A stretch of 34,983 bases of DNA from a virus (lineage: Duplodnaviria; Caudoviricetes), in IMG/VR virus record IMGVR_UViG_3300021978_000003, positions 1 to 34,983 of that record; one strand, given 5' to 3'. Positions 16,403 to 24,028 of this stretch are shown here, piece by piece. The notes below the pieces were generated by a model. That model made no database searches and was not told the DNA's origin. It saw only the letters and a list, made by a program, of their open reading frames with translations. The first letter of the stretch is position 1. Every line of letters starts with the position of its first letter. Both the position numbers and the translations under genes were made by a program.

Positions 16403-19351
16403 ATGGTTTCAGATAAAGCGTTTACAGGAGATGGTACTACTACTGCCTATAGCATAGGCTTTAGGATTATCTCCGATGATCACGTAAAGGTATTCCAAAC
16501 CCCTTCAGGCGGTTCACAGTCAGTAACAAGTAAAGATGATTATACAGTCATCAATAACTCGATTGTGTTCGACACCGCACCCGCTACAAGCACTGCCATT
16601 ACTATTCAAGTAGGCACTACAACTGCGGATCTTCTTACTTCCCCTACCGATTACTCAACAGTAGCTACTAATATTGGAGATATCCAAACATTAGAAAACA
16701 ATATTGCTGACATTAATAGACTAGCTGTAGCTGATGTAATTACAGATATGAACCTATTAGCGACAAGTGATATCGTTACAGATATGAATCTACTAGCTAC
16801 TAGTTCGAATGTAGCATCGATGGCTTTATTAGGTACTAGTGCTGTAATTAGTGATATGAACACACTAGCTGTAGCTGATATCGTTTCAGATATGAATACA
16901 TTAGCGACAAGTGATATCGTTTCAGATATGAATACACTTGCAAATGCTGATGTAATTAGTGATATGAATGCACTGGCTACAAGTGACATCATTAGTGACT
17001 TAAATACACTTGCAACGAGTGATATTGTCACTGATATGAACCTGTTAGCAACTAGTGCTAATGTAGCTAGTATGGCTTTACTAGGTACTAGCGATTGTGT
17101 ATCAGATATGAACACACTTGGTACATCAGCGTGTGTTGCAGATTTAGCACTACTAGCGACAGCAGATATTGTTACTGATATGAATCTACTGGCTACTACT
17201 GATTGTATTTCAGATATGAATACATTAGCTGTAGTAGATGTCGTTAATGATATGAATACACTAGCTGTAACAAGTGTAGTTAATGACTTAGATGCAGTAG
17301 CTGACAAAGTGTCTCAGATTGCTTTACTAGGTACTAGTGATGCAATTTCAGATATGAATACACTAGGAACATCTGCGATTGTAGCTGACTTAGATGCAGT
17401 AGCTGATAAGGTTACTGAAATTGGTAGATTAGGAACTGCTGATGCTGTTGCAGATTTAGCACTACTAGGAACTACTGATTGTATTTCAGATATGAATACA
17501 CTTGCTGTAGCAGATATCATTAGTGATATGAATACCCTAGCGGTATCAGATGTGATTTCAGATATGAACACATTAGCTACGAGCGATATCATTAGTGACT
17601 TAAATACATTAGCTACAAGCGATATCGTTACAGATATGAATTTATTAGCTACTAGTGCTAATGTCAGTGCAATGAGTACATTAGGAACAAGTGGTAATGT
17701 AACTAATATGGCAACTGTGTCTTCTGATATTGCGAATGTTAATACAGTAGCTTCGAATGTTACTGATGTTAATGCGTTCTCTCAGATCTACAGGATTGCA
17801 TCGAGTGCACCTACTACTAGCCTTGGAAATGGTGACCTGTGGTGGAACTCTACATCAGGTGGATTGAAGGCTTATGACACAAGTGCGTCTGCTTGGCAAT
17901 CAACTGCACCATCAGCCGCTGACCAGACTAATATTAATATTGTTTCTGGAGATGTGGTCTACGCGGAGGATCTTGGGTCAATCGCTGTGGCCGCGACAAC
18001 GTCTACAGGTTCAGATATCTCGACGGTTGCTGATGACATAGCTAATGTAAATACTGTATCTGGGGCAATAGCTAATGTAAATACGGTTGCCGGAAAAGCA
18101 ACGGAAATTGGTAGATTAGGTACTAGTGATGCTGTTGCAGATTTAGCGATATTGGGAACAGCCGCCATCGTTTCAGACTTAAATGTCTTAGGAACAGCCG
18201 ATGTAGTTAATGATTTAAATGTTTTGGGGACATCTGCAAACGTCACCAACATGAACACCCTGTCTGGCATTAGTGCAAACATTACGACTACTGCCGGGAT
18301 AGCCAGCGACATTACTACAACTGCCGGGAAAGCAACAGAGATTGGGCGATTGGGAACAGCCGCCGCTGTAGCAGATTTAGCATTACTAGGCACTACCGGG
18401 GTAGTAGCTGATATGAATTTATTGGCTACGGCTGATTGCATTAGTGATATGAATGCACTTGCTACGAGTGACATCATTAGCGATCTGAACACATTAGCCA
18501 CGAGCGATATCGTTGTTGATATGAATTTATTAGCAACTTCGGCAAATGTAACCTCGATGGGGCATTTGGGAACATCTGCAAATGTCACCGCGATGGGGAC
18601 TTTGGGCACAAGTGCAAACGTCACGAACATGTCTGCGTTGTCTAGTATTAGCTCAAACATCACTACTACAGCAGGTATTTCATCAGACGTAACGGCAACT
18701 GCGGGGAAAGCCACAGAAATAGGACGGTTAGGAACAGCCGCCGCTGTAGCAGACTTAGCAATATTAGGAACTACAGCGGTAGTCGCAGACTTAGCAATAC
18801 TGGCTACATCTGATGTCGTTGCAGATTTAAATACATTAGCGACATCTGCAATCGTGACGGATATGGATCTGCTTGCTACATCTGCAAACGTCACTGCAAT
18901 GGGGACTTTGGGTACTAGCGCGAATGTAACCTCAATGTCTACCGTTAGTGGATCGATTGCAAATGTAAATACTACAGCCACTAACATAGCTAATGTGAAC
19001 CTTACAGGGGGATCAATAGCTAATGTGAACTTGGCCGGGGGATCAATAGCTAATGTGAACACTGTTAGCGGATCAATCGCAGATGTTAATCGATACGCGA
19101 ATGAATACAAGATTGCGAGTTCTGCTCCAAGTAGTCCCTCTTCAGGTGACTTATGGTATGACTCTACTGTTAATACATTGAAATATTACACAGGCAGTAT
19201 CTGGGCCAGTATCTCAGCAGGTATCTCATCCGTGGTATCAGACACTACTCCGCAATTAGGCGGATCTTTAGATGGTCAAAATAACAATATGACAAATATA
19301 GGAACTATTAGTGGAAGTAATTTACAACTTGACTTCGGGGGTCTGACCTAA
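16403..19351 (+). CDS. Long repetitive tail fibre with T7 gp17-like N-terminal adaptor
   Basis: N-terminal FTGDGTTTAYSIGF...VKV adaptor; long shaft of 12-aa and 10-aa repeats; two SSAP...GDLWxxS knob motifs; C-terminal DTTPQLGG. Confidence 0.85.
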   Translation: MVSDKAFTGDGTTTAYSIGFRIISDDHVKVFQTPSGGSQSVTSKDDYTVINNSIVFDTAPATSTAITIQVGTTTADLLTSPTDYSTVATNIGDIQTLENNIADINRLAVADVITDMNLLATSDIVTDMNLLATSSNVASMALLGTSAVISDMNTLAVADIVSDMNTLATSDIVSDMNTLANADVISDMNALATSDIISDLNTLATSDIVTDMNLLATSANVASMALLGTSDCVSDMNTLGTSACVADLALLATADIVTDMNLLATTDCISDMNTLAVVDVVNDMNTLAVTSVVNDLDAVADKVSQIALLGTSDAISDMNTLGTSAIVADLDAVADKVTEIGRLGTADAVADLALLGTTDCISDMNTLAVADIISDMNTLAVSDVISDMNTLATSDIISDLNTLATSDIVTDMNLLATSANVSAMSTLGTSGNVTNMATVSSDIANVNTVASNVTDVNAFSQIYRIASSAPTTSLGNGDLWWNSTSGGLKAYDTSASAWQSTAPSAADQTNINIVSGDVVYAEDLGSIAVAATTSTGSDISTVADDIANVNTVSGAIANVNTVAGKATEIGRLGTSDAVADLAILGTAAIVSDLNVLGTADVVNDLNVLGTSANVTNMNTLSGISANITTTAGIASDITTTAGKATEIGRLGTAAAVADLALLGTTGVVADMNLLATADCISDMNALATSDIISDLNTLATSDIVVDMNLLATSANVTSMGHLGTSANVTAMGTLGTSANVTNMSALSSISSNITTTAGISSDVTATAGKATEIGRLGTAAAVADLAILGTTAVVADLAILATSDVVADLNTLATSAIVTDMDLLATSANVTAMGTLGTSANVTSMSTVSGSIANVNTTATNIANVNLTGGSIANVNLAGGSIANVNTVSGSIADVNRYANEYKIASSAPSSPSSGDLWYDSTVNTLKYYTGSIWASISAGISSVVSDTTPQLGGSLDGQNNNMTNIGTISGSNLQLDFGGLT
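16730..19090 (+). repeat. Degenerate coding tandem repeats: 36-nt (DIVSDMNTLATS-type) and 30-nt (ANVNTVSGSI-type); boundaries approximate
   Basis: Dozens of variants of GATATGAA(T/C)...TTAGC at 36-nt spacing. Confidence 0.9.
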
Positions 19352-19352
19352 G

Positions 19353-20690
19353 ATGGCTAAGAAACTACAGTTGCGAGGTGGGACAACTTCCGAGCATTCA
19401 TCCTTTACTGGTGCGGTACGAGAATGCACCGTTGATACAACAAAAGATACTCTTGTAGTCCATGACGGCAGTACGGCTGGTGGACATGTGCTGGCTAAAG
19501 ATGATGAAGTCTTGAAGTTAGCTGGTGGAACCATGACAGGTCATATAACCGGTGGAGATAATATTTATCTCAAACTTGGTGCTTCTAATGATCTTCAAAT
19601 TGTACATGACGGAGCGAATAGCTACATTACGGATGCCGGAACCGGAGGTTTAAAGGTACAGGGATCGACTTTCATACACTTAACAAGTGCATCCGGCGCA
19701 CAATATTTCACCGCAGATGAAGGTGGTGCCGCAAGAATTTACTATAACGGGTCGGGCAAATTAGAATCAACGAATACTGGAATCAATGTAACCGGAAAGA
19801 TAGTCTGCGATACTCTGGGATTGAATGACAATGAGAAGATTGAACTAGGTACTCATGGCGACCTAGAGATATACCATGACTCATCGGATTCATATATTTC
19901 AGACACCGGAAGCGGAAATCTTCATCTCCTTTCCTCCACTAATCTAAATTTAATGACGGCGGGTGCTTCCGACTACTTCGTTAAGTGTGTAACTTCAGGT
20001 GCAGTTGATATTTACCATAACGGAAGTTCTAAACTAGCCACAACTGCTAATGGATGCTCAATCACCGGCGAACTAAATGTATCCACCAAGATTAAGCCCA
20101 CTTCTATTGAGTTGGATGATAACCAGAAGCTGTTATGTGGTAATTCTTCCGATCTCCAGATATACCATGACGGATCGGATAGCGTGATACTCGACACAGG
20201 AACGGGAAATTTATCATTAAAAACTGATGGTAACTTTTATGTGCTGAATGAGGCTGGTACAAAAGTTATGATTCGGGCTGATGTTAATGCTTCAGTAAGG
20301 TTATATAACGATGGGTCACAGAAACTCAACACCGAAAACGGTGGAGTTGGAATCACTGGCGATCTTACGGCATCTGGTAATTTAATCTCTAACTCTGATG
20401 AACGTGTCAAGGAAGATATCCGGGTAATCCCGAATGCCTTATCCAAGATTGAAGAAATCAGAGGTGTTACATTCACCCGTAATGACCTTGAAGATACTGA
20501 GGCTAGGCATACTGGGGTAATCGCACAGGAAGTCGAAAAGGTTCTTCCTGAAGTGGTCGGAGAGAATGAAGAAGGCATTAAGAACGTAGCTTATGGAAAC
20601 ATGGTTGGATTGCTCATCGAGGGTATGAAAGAACAGCAAGAGATTATTAGGTCACTTGCATCTAGAATCACAGACTTGGAAGAGGGTTAA
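19353..20690 (+). CDS. Second tail fibre/receptor-binding protein with Mtd_N-like N-terminus and S74 autocleaving chaperone
   Basis: [37 protein letters not shown]; three DN...LG...DL.I.HDG/S repeats; SDERVKEDI...[15 protein letters not shown]...[12 protein letters not shown]. Confidence 0.9.
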   Translation: MAKKLQLRGGTTSEHSSFTGAVRECTVDTTKDTLVVHDGSTAGGHVLAKDDEVLKLAGGTMTGHITGGDNIYLKLGASNDLQIVHDGANSYITDAGTGGLKVQGSTFIHLTSASGAQYFTADEGGAARIYYNGSGKLESTNTGINVTGKIVCDTLGLNDNEKIELGTHGDLEIYHDSSDSYISDTGSGNLHLLSSTNLNLMTAGASDYFVKCVTSGAVDIYHNGSSKLATTANGCSITGELNVSTKIKPTSIELDDNQKLLCGNSSDLQIYHDGSDSVILDTGTGNLSLKTDGNFYVLNEAGTKVMIRADVNASVRLYNDGSQKLNTENGGVGITGDLTASGNLISNSDERVKEDIRVIPNALSKIEEIRGVTFTRNDLEDTEARHTGVIAQEVEKVLPEVVGENEEGIKNVAYGNMVGLLIEGMKEQQEIIRSLASRITDLEEG

Positions 20691-20692
20691 TA

Positions 20693-21058
20693 ATGGCTAC
20701 TACAATTGATAACAGCGACATCACATTTGGCAGTGGTAAGAAAGCGGCGTTTGATGACTTAACGAATGTTGGTACTTTACCATCGTCAGTACAATCCCAA
20801 CTTGTCGGCCCGACTGGAAGCACTGGAAGCACTGGAAGCACTGGAAGCACTGGCCCAACGGGCAGTAACGGCAGTAATGGTTCTACAGGCCCAACTGGCC
20901 CAACTGGCGCGTCAGGGGCTACCGTGAAGTGGCTATCGTATACAAACAACAACCCCGTGTCGCTTTCGGGATGGACTTATATTGGGTCGTTCGGTACTCA
21001 ATATTACGCTTTCGGTCAGTGGTACTCTAGTGCGACACATTTGTGGAATGATACTTAA
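20693..21058 (+). CDS. Short collagen-like protein
   Basis: 13 consecutive G-X-Y triplets (20807-20923; GPT/GST/GSN) and an aromatic-rich C-terminal tip. Confidence 0.85.
   Translation: MATTIDNSDITFGSGKKAAFDDLTNVGTLPSSVQSQLVGPTGSTGSTGSTGSTGPTGSNGSNGSTGPTGPTGASGATVKWLSYTNNNPVSLSGWTYIGSFGTQYYAFGQWYSSATHLWNDT
20813..20853 (+). repeat. Perfect 9-bp tandem repeat ACTGGAAGC x4.5
   Basis: Read directly from the sequence. Confidence 0.95.
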
Positions 21059-21081
21059 TATAGTTAATAAGGGTGCATTAA

Positions 21082-21333
21082 ATGGATGACAAGAAACAAC
21101 GTAATGACGCTAGAATGCGTCTACACAGCGTGATACTTCTTTGCTGTGACAGACTTAAAATTGAAAGGCCCGTAGGAATTTTTGGTGACGAGCCTGAAAT
21201 GAACTGGGATGGTGACGAGCCTGAGAAGGGTTTTTATACGGGTGTGTTTGATGAGGTAGCCGCTGAGTTTGATGCTATGTCTCTATCAGAGCGCAGTGAA
21301 AGATTATGTCCTGAAGTACCGCCAACCTCATAG
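21082..21333 (+). CDS. Hypothetical acidic protein
   Basis: AAGGGTG upstream; tight spacing; internal 15-bp direct repeat (21183-21197, 21210-21224). Confidence 0.65.
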   Translation: MDDKKQRNDARMRLHSVILLCCDRLKIERPVGIFGDEPEMNWDGDEPEKGFYTGVFDEVAAEFDAMSLSERSERLCPEVPPTS

Positions 21334-21335
21334 AT

Positions 21336-21929
21336 ATGAGGTGTAGGCCGAATAATAACCCACACATCAATGAGGTATATAAGGTCGCGATGCTTGATGA
21401 GCATCCAAATTTTATTGACGGAATTGTTTCTAGGGCCAGTGGTGAGTGGAAGACTTCATATGTTACGACTAATGTAATGGGTGCTGACCCAGCACCTTCT
21501 ATATCCAATGCTAGGATATCCACTCAACAACCACTAAGTAAGGATGAGAATGGTAGTCCGTTATCTGACATCTTATTCCATGTTGAAAAGATGAATTATT
21601 CTTCCTGGAATTTTAAGTTGACCGGAACCGATGACCAGATAGATGCGACTGAGATATATAAATACGAAGTTGGTGGACATTTCAGATGGCATATGGATAT
21701 GACCCCAATTTTATCTTCAAGAAAACTTGGATTCACTTTGCAGTTATCAGCCTCGGACGATTATGAAGGGGGCGATTTGGAATTTATGGCGTGTGACTCA
21801 AACCCTGCTATTAGAAAGAAAGGTTCTTTAATCGTTTTCCCATCTTTCGTGTGGCATCAAATAACCCCTGTGACTCAGGGAACCCGTCTGGCAATTGTGG
21901 GCTGGGTTCACGGGCCTACATTTCAATAA
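21336..21929 (+). CDS. 2OG-Fe(II) oxygenase (prolyl-hydroxylase/PKHD-like)
   Basis: Y..GGHF.WHMD, RKLGFTLQLS...YEGGDLEF, FPSF.WH.ITPVT.GTR..IVGW: complete HxD...H...R set. Confidence 0.93.
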   Translation: MRCRPNNNPHINEVYKVAMLDEHPNFIDGIVSRASGEWKTSYVTTNVMGADPAPSISNARISTQQPLSKDENGSPLSDILFHVEKMNYSSWNFKLTGTDDQIDATEIYKYEVGGHFRWHMDMTPILSSRKLGFTLQLSASDDYEGGDLEFMACDSNPAIRKKGSLIVFPSFVWHQITPVTQGTRLAIVGWVHGPTFQ

Positions 21930-21943
21930 ACAAGGAATAACCA

Positions 21944-22168
21944 GTGGCAGTAGAAATAGAATCCCGCATAGCCAAGCTAGAGTGGAGTAGTAAGGAGCAT
22001 GCACAAGACATTCGGGAGATAAGAGCGACTGCTGACAAACTAGCAGACTCTTTGGAGCGAATAGACAAGTGCTTACAGCAAATAAAGTACACAGCTTTTG
22101 GAGCAATCACAGTACTAATAATGGATCAGAGTGGTATGACTAGCTTAGTAGGAGCACTGTTCCCTTGA
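21944..22168 (+). CDS. Coiled-coil plus C-terminal TM protein (lysis-region, XhlA/holin-like architecture)
   Basis: ESRIAKLE...coiled coil, then hydrophobic AFGAITVLIM; SD AAGGA; GTG start. Confidence 0.6.
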   Translation: MAVEIESRIAKLEWSSKEHAQDIREIRATADKLADSLERIDKCLQQIKYTAFGAITVLIMDQSGMTSLVGALFP

Positions 22169-22182
22169 TGTGGAGGTAGTGA

Positions 22183-22299
22183 ATGTACATATTGAAACTA
22201 ATAGCTAAGAGCTTATTAAGAGCATGTTTATATGTACTAGTGTGTCTATTCTTTGGAGTAGGCATTCTTCTTTTAATCAATGAGTGGATTGGTATTTGA
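22183..22299 (+). CDS. 38-aa single-TM peptide (not in ORF track)
   Basis: GGAGG SD; MYILKLIAKSLLRACLYVLVCLFFGVGILLLINEWIGI. Confidence 0.55.
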   Translation: MYILKLIAKSLLRACLYVLVCLFFGVGILLLINEWIGI

Positions 22300-22357
22300 C
22301 CCTGTAGGGTAGTACCGGGTTAAAAAGTTTGGTCTATTTCAGTACCAAATCTAGCCG

Positions 22358-22389
22358 ACCTGAAATGCCTGAGAGCATGTTTGACAGGT
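22358..22389 (+). promoter_or_regulatory. CUGAGA-loop hairpin element (copy 2)
   Basis: ACCTG-AA-ATGC-CTGAGA-GCAT-GTTTGA-CAGGT; similar to 31096-31130. Confidence 0.6.
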
Positions 22390-22494
22390 ACATGACTACT
22401 TACTTATAAGTAAAAGTAAAAGTATAAGTAAAAGTATAAATAGAAGTAAAAGTAGGAGTAGTAGTAATTAATTTCAACACAATGGAGATAAAAT

Positions 22495-22659
22495 ATGTGG
22501 GCATACATATTAGCAAGACTAAGTGAAGCAAGTACTATCAGAGGCATCATCATGTTCTTTGGTGGTATTGGTTTAGGTATTTCACCTGAATTAACTGATC
22601 AAATTGTGGCAGTTACAATCGCTTCATCTGGTCTGGTTGGACTTGCTATTAAGGATTAA
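22495..22659 (+). CDS. Small two-TM holin-like protein (54 aa, not in ORF track)
   Basis: GGAG SD; YILARLSEASTIRG...GISPE...GLVGL..KD, a pattern common in small phage holin-like proteins. Confidence 0.75.
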   Translation: MWAYILARLSEASTIRGIIMFFGGIGLGISPELTDQIVAVTIASSGLVGLAIKD

Positions 22660-22676
22660 TGTAAAAGGGGACTGAA

Positions 22677-23006
22677 GTGGAGAACCATGGACTAGATACA
22701 TGTAATGTAACTGGAGATCCTATTCTCCATCGAACTACCGCTGATGTGTTTCATAGTGGTACTAACTGCTGGATTGTGTGTGATGCACAAGAGATGGTTG
22801 GACGTACAGGGAAGTACGTTCTCTGGCAAGATGGAACACACTATGGACTACTTGCACTGTATCGTAAGTTCAAGAAACAAATAAGCCAAGGACATGATGT
22901 GTACTTTATGCTAAAGAATATAGGCATATTACGCAATCATGTAGAGCTTGTAGAGGGATACGAGGATTTATATGTCTTCAAACGTAAAGAAGGTGGATTC
23001 AAGTGA
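22677..23006 (+). CDS. Hypothetical protein
   Basis: AAGGGGA SD before GTG; fills the gap; no family recognised. Confidence 0.6.
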   Translation: MENHGLDTCNVTGDPILHRTTADVFHSGTNCWIVCDAQEMVGRTGKYVLWQDGTHYGLLALYRKFKKQISQGHDVYFMLKNIGILRNHVELVEGYEDLYVFKRKEGGFK

Positions 23007-23439
23007 GTGTATAAATAAACTTGAAGATTTATTAGCACAAGAACAACAAATACCACTAGAGTTTGGTCATATATTTAGTGGAGGTATGTATGCACGTACT
23101 GTGCTGATACCACAAGGAACTATTTGTACAGGCTTAGTACACAAGAGTGAACACTTGAACATACTAGCCAAAGGTAAATGCATAGTATTTACTACTGATA
23201 CACAAAGTGAACAAAAGGAAGCACCCTGCATATTTAGTGCTAAAGCAGGTGTAAAGAAAGCAGTGTACGCATTAGAGGATGTACTGTGGACTACTATTCA
23301 TGTCTGCACCAGTACTACTGTTACTGAAGCTGAGATAGAAGTAGCAGAACCCCCTAGAAAACACATACAAGAAGCACATGAATGTGTACAAGCTGGTACA
23401 CACATTACTCACACAAGTAAACAAATGATGGAGAAATAA
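22972..23439 (+). CDS. Cupin-fold phage protein (true start may be slightly downstream)
   Basis: H.FSGGMYAR...IP.G....G.VHKSEH...L.KG...AP..F.A.AG.KK..YA.ED..WTTIH. Confidence 0.8.
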   Translation: MSSNVKKVDSSECINKLEDLLAQEQQIPLEFGHIFSGGMYARTVLIPQGTICTGLVHKSEHLNILAKGKCIVFTTDTQSEQKEAPCIFSAKAGVKKAVYALEDVLWTTIHVCTSTTVTEAEIEVAEPPRKHIQEAHECVQAGTHITHTSKQMMEK

Positions 23440-23443
23440 ATTA

Positions 23444-24028
23444 ATGAGTATGGTAGCAGTAGCAGTGCTAGGAGTAGCTGGAGCCGCTATGGGCGGTATG
23501 CAAGCAAAGATGGCTAATGATAAAGCCAATGCTAAAGCAACTAATGATATTATTAGTGGACAAGTTGCTCAAGGAATGGCAAATGCTAATAGTATTCGTA
23601 GGAATTTGGGAATAGCTGAAGCTATGGTTGATAGTAATCGACAAACTGGAATTAAACTATTTAATATTAATCGTAAGAATGCTCGAAGTCAAGCACTAGC
23701 TCTAGCTAAATCTGAAAAGAGAGGAGTAAGTGGTAAGTCATTACTTGAATCTTATCTAAACATGCAAATGCAAGAGATGATTCAAGAAGGTAATGTTATT
23801 GGGGAAGGAGAAGATAATTTAGTTGCATTAGGACGAGAAGCACAAGGCATAGCTTTAGAGAACCAAGATAGGTCTAATGCCGCACAATCTCAAATTAATA
23901 CTGCGGCGGCTCAAATGTCTGATGGATCTTTCCAGATAGCTATGGGAGCTTTCAAAGGTGGTGTAGAAGGTGCACAAGCAGGTGCCTCTCTTGGAAGTGC
24001 TTATGCTAAATATAAGAAGGGTCTATAA
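23444..24028 (+). CDS. Internal virion/ejection protein (T7 gp14-like)
   Basis: Gly/Ala-rich hydrophobic termini, central GVSGKS motif, size and position. Confidence 0.8.
   Translation: MSMVAVAVLGVAGAAMGGMQAKMANDKANAKATNDIISGQVAQGMANANSIRRNLGIAEAMVDSNRQTGIKLFNINRKNARSQALALAKSEKRGVSGKSLLESYLNMQMQEMIQEGNVIGEGEDNLVALGREAQGIALENQDRSNAAQSQINTAAAQMSDGSFQIAMGAFKGGVEGAQAGASLGSAYAKYKKGL

Noticed and set aside
16730-17700. 36-nt periodic repeats as a CRISPR array
   Set aside because: Degenerate, in-frame, no unique spacers, variation concentrated at synonymous positions; no cas genes.
16651-19110. Long minus-strand ORFs (218, 92, 383 aa)
   Set aside because: Antisense shadows of the repetitive fibre gene; no credible starts, and the genome is otherwise unidirectional.
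19353-20690. Diversity-generating retroelement suggested by the Mtd_N-like domain
   Set aside because: No reverse transcriptase or adenine-variable TR/VR pair in the window; the C-terminus is an S74 chaperone.
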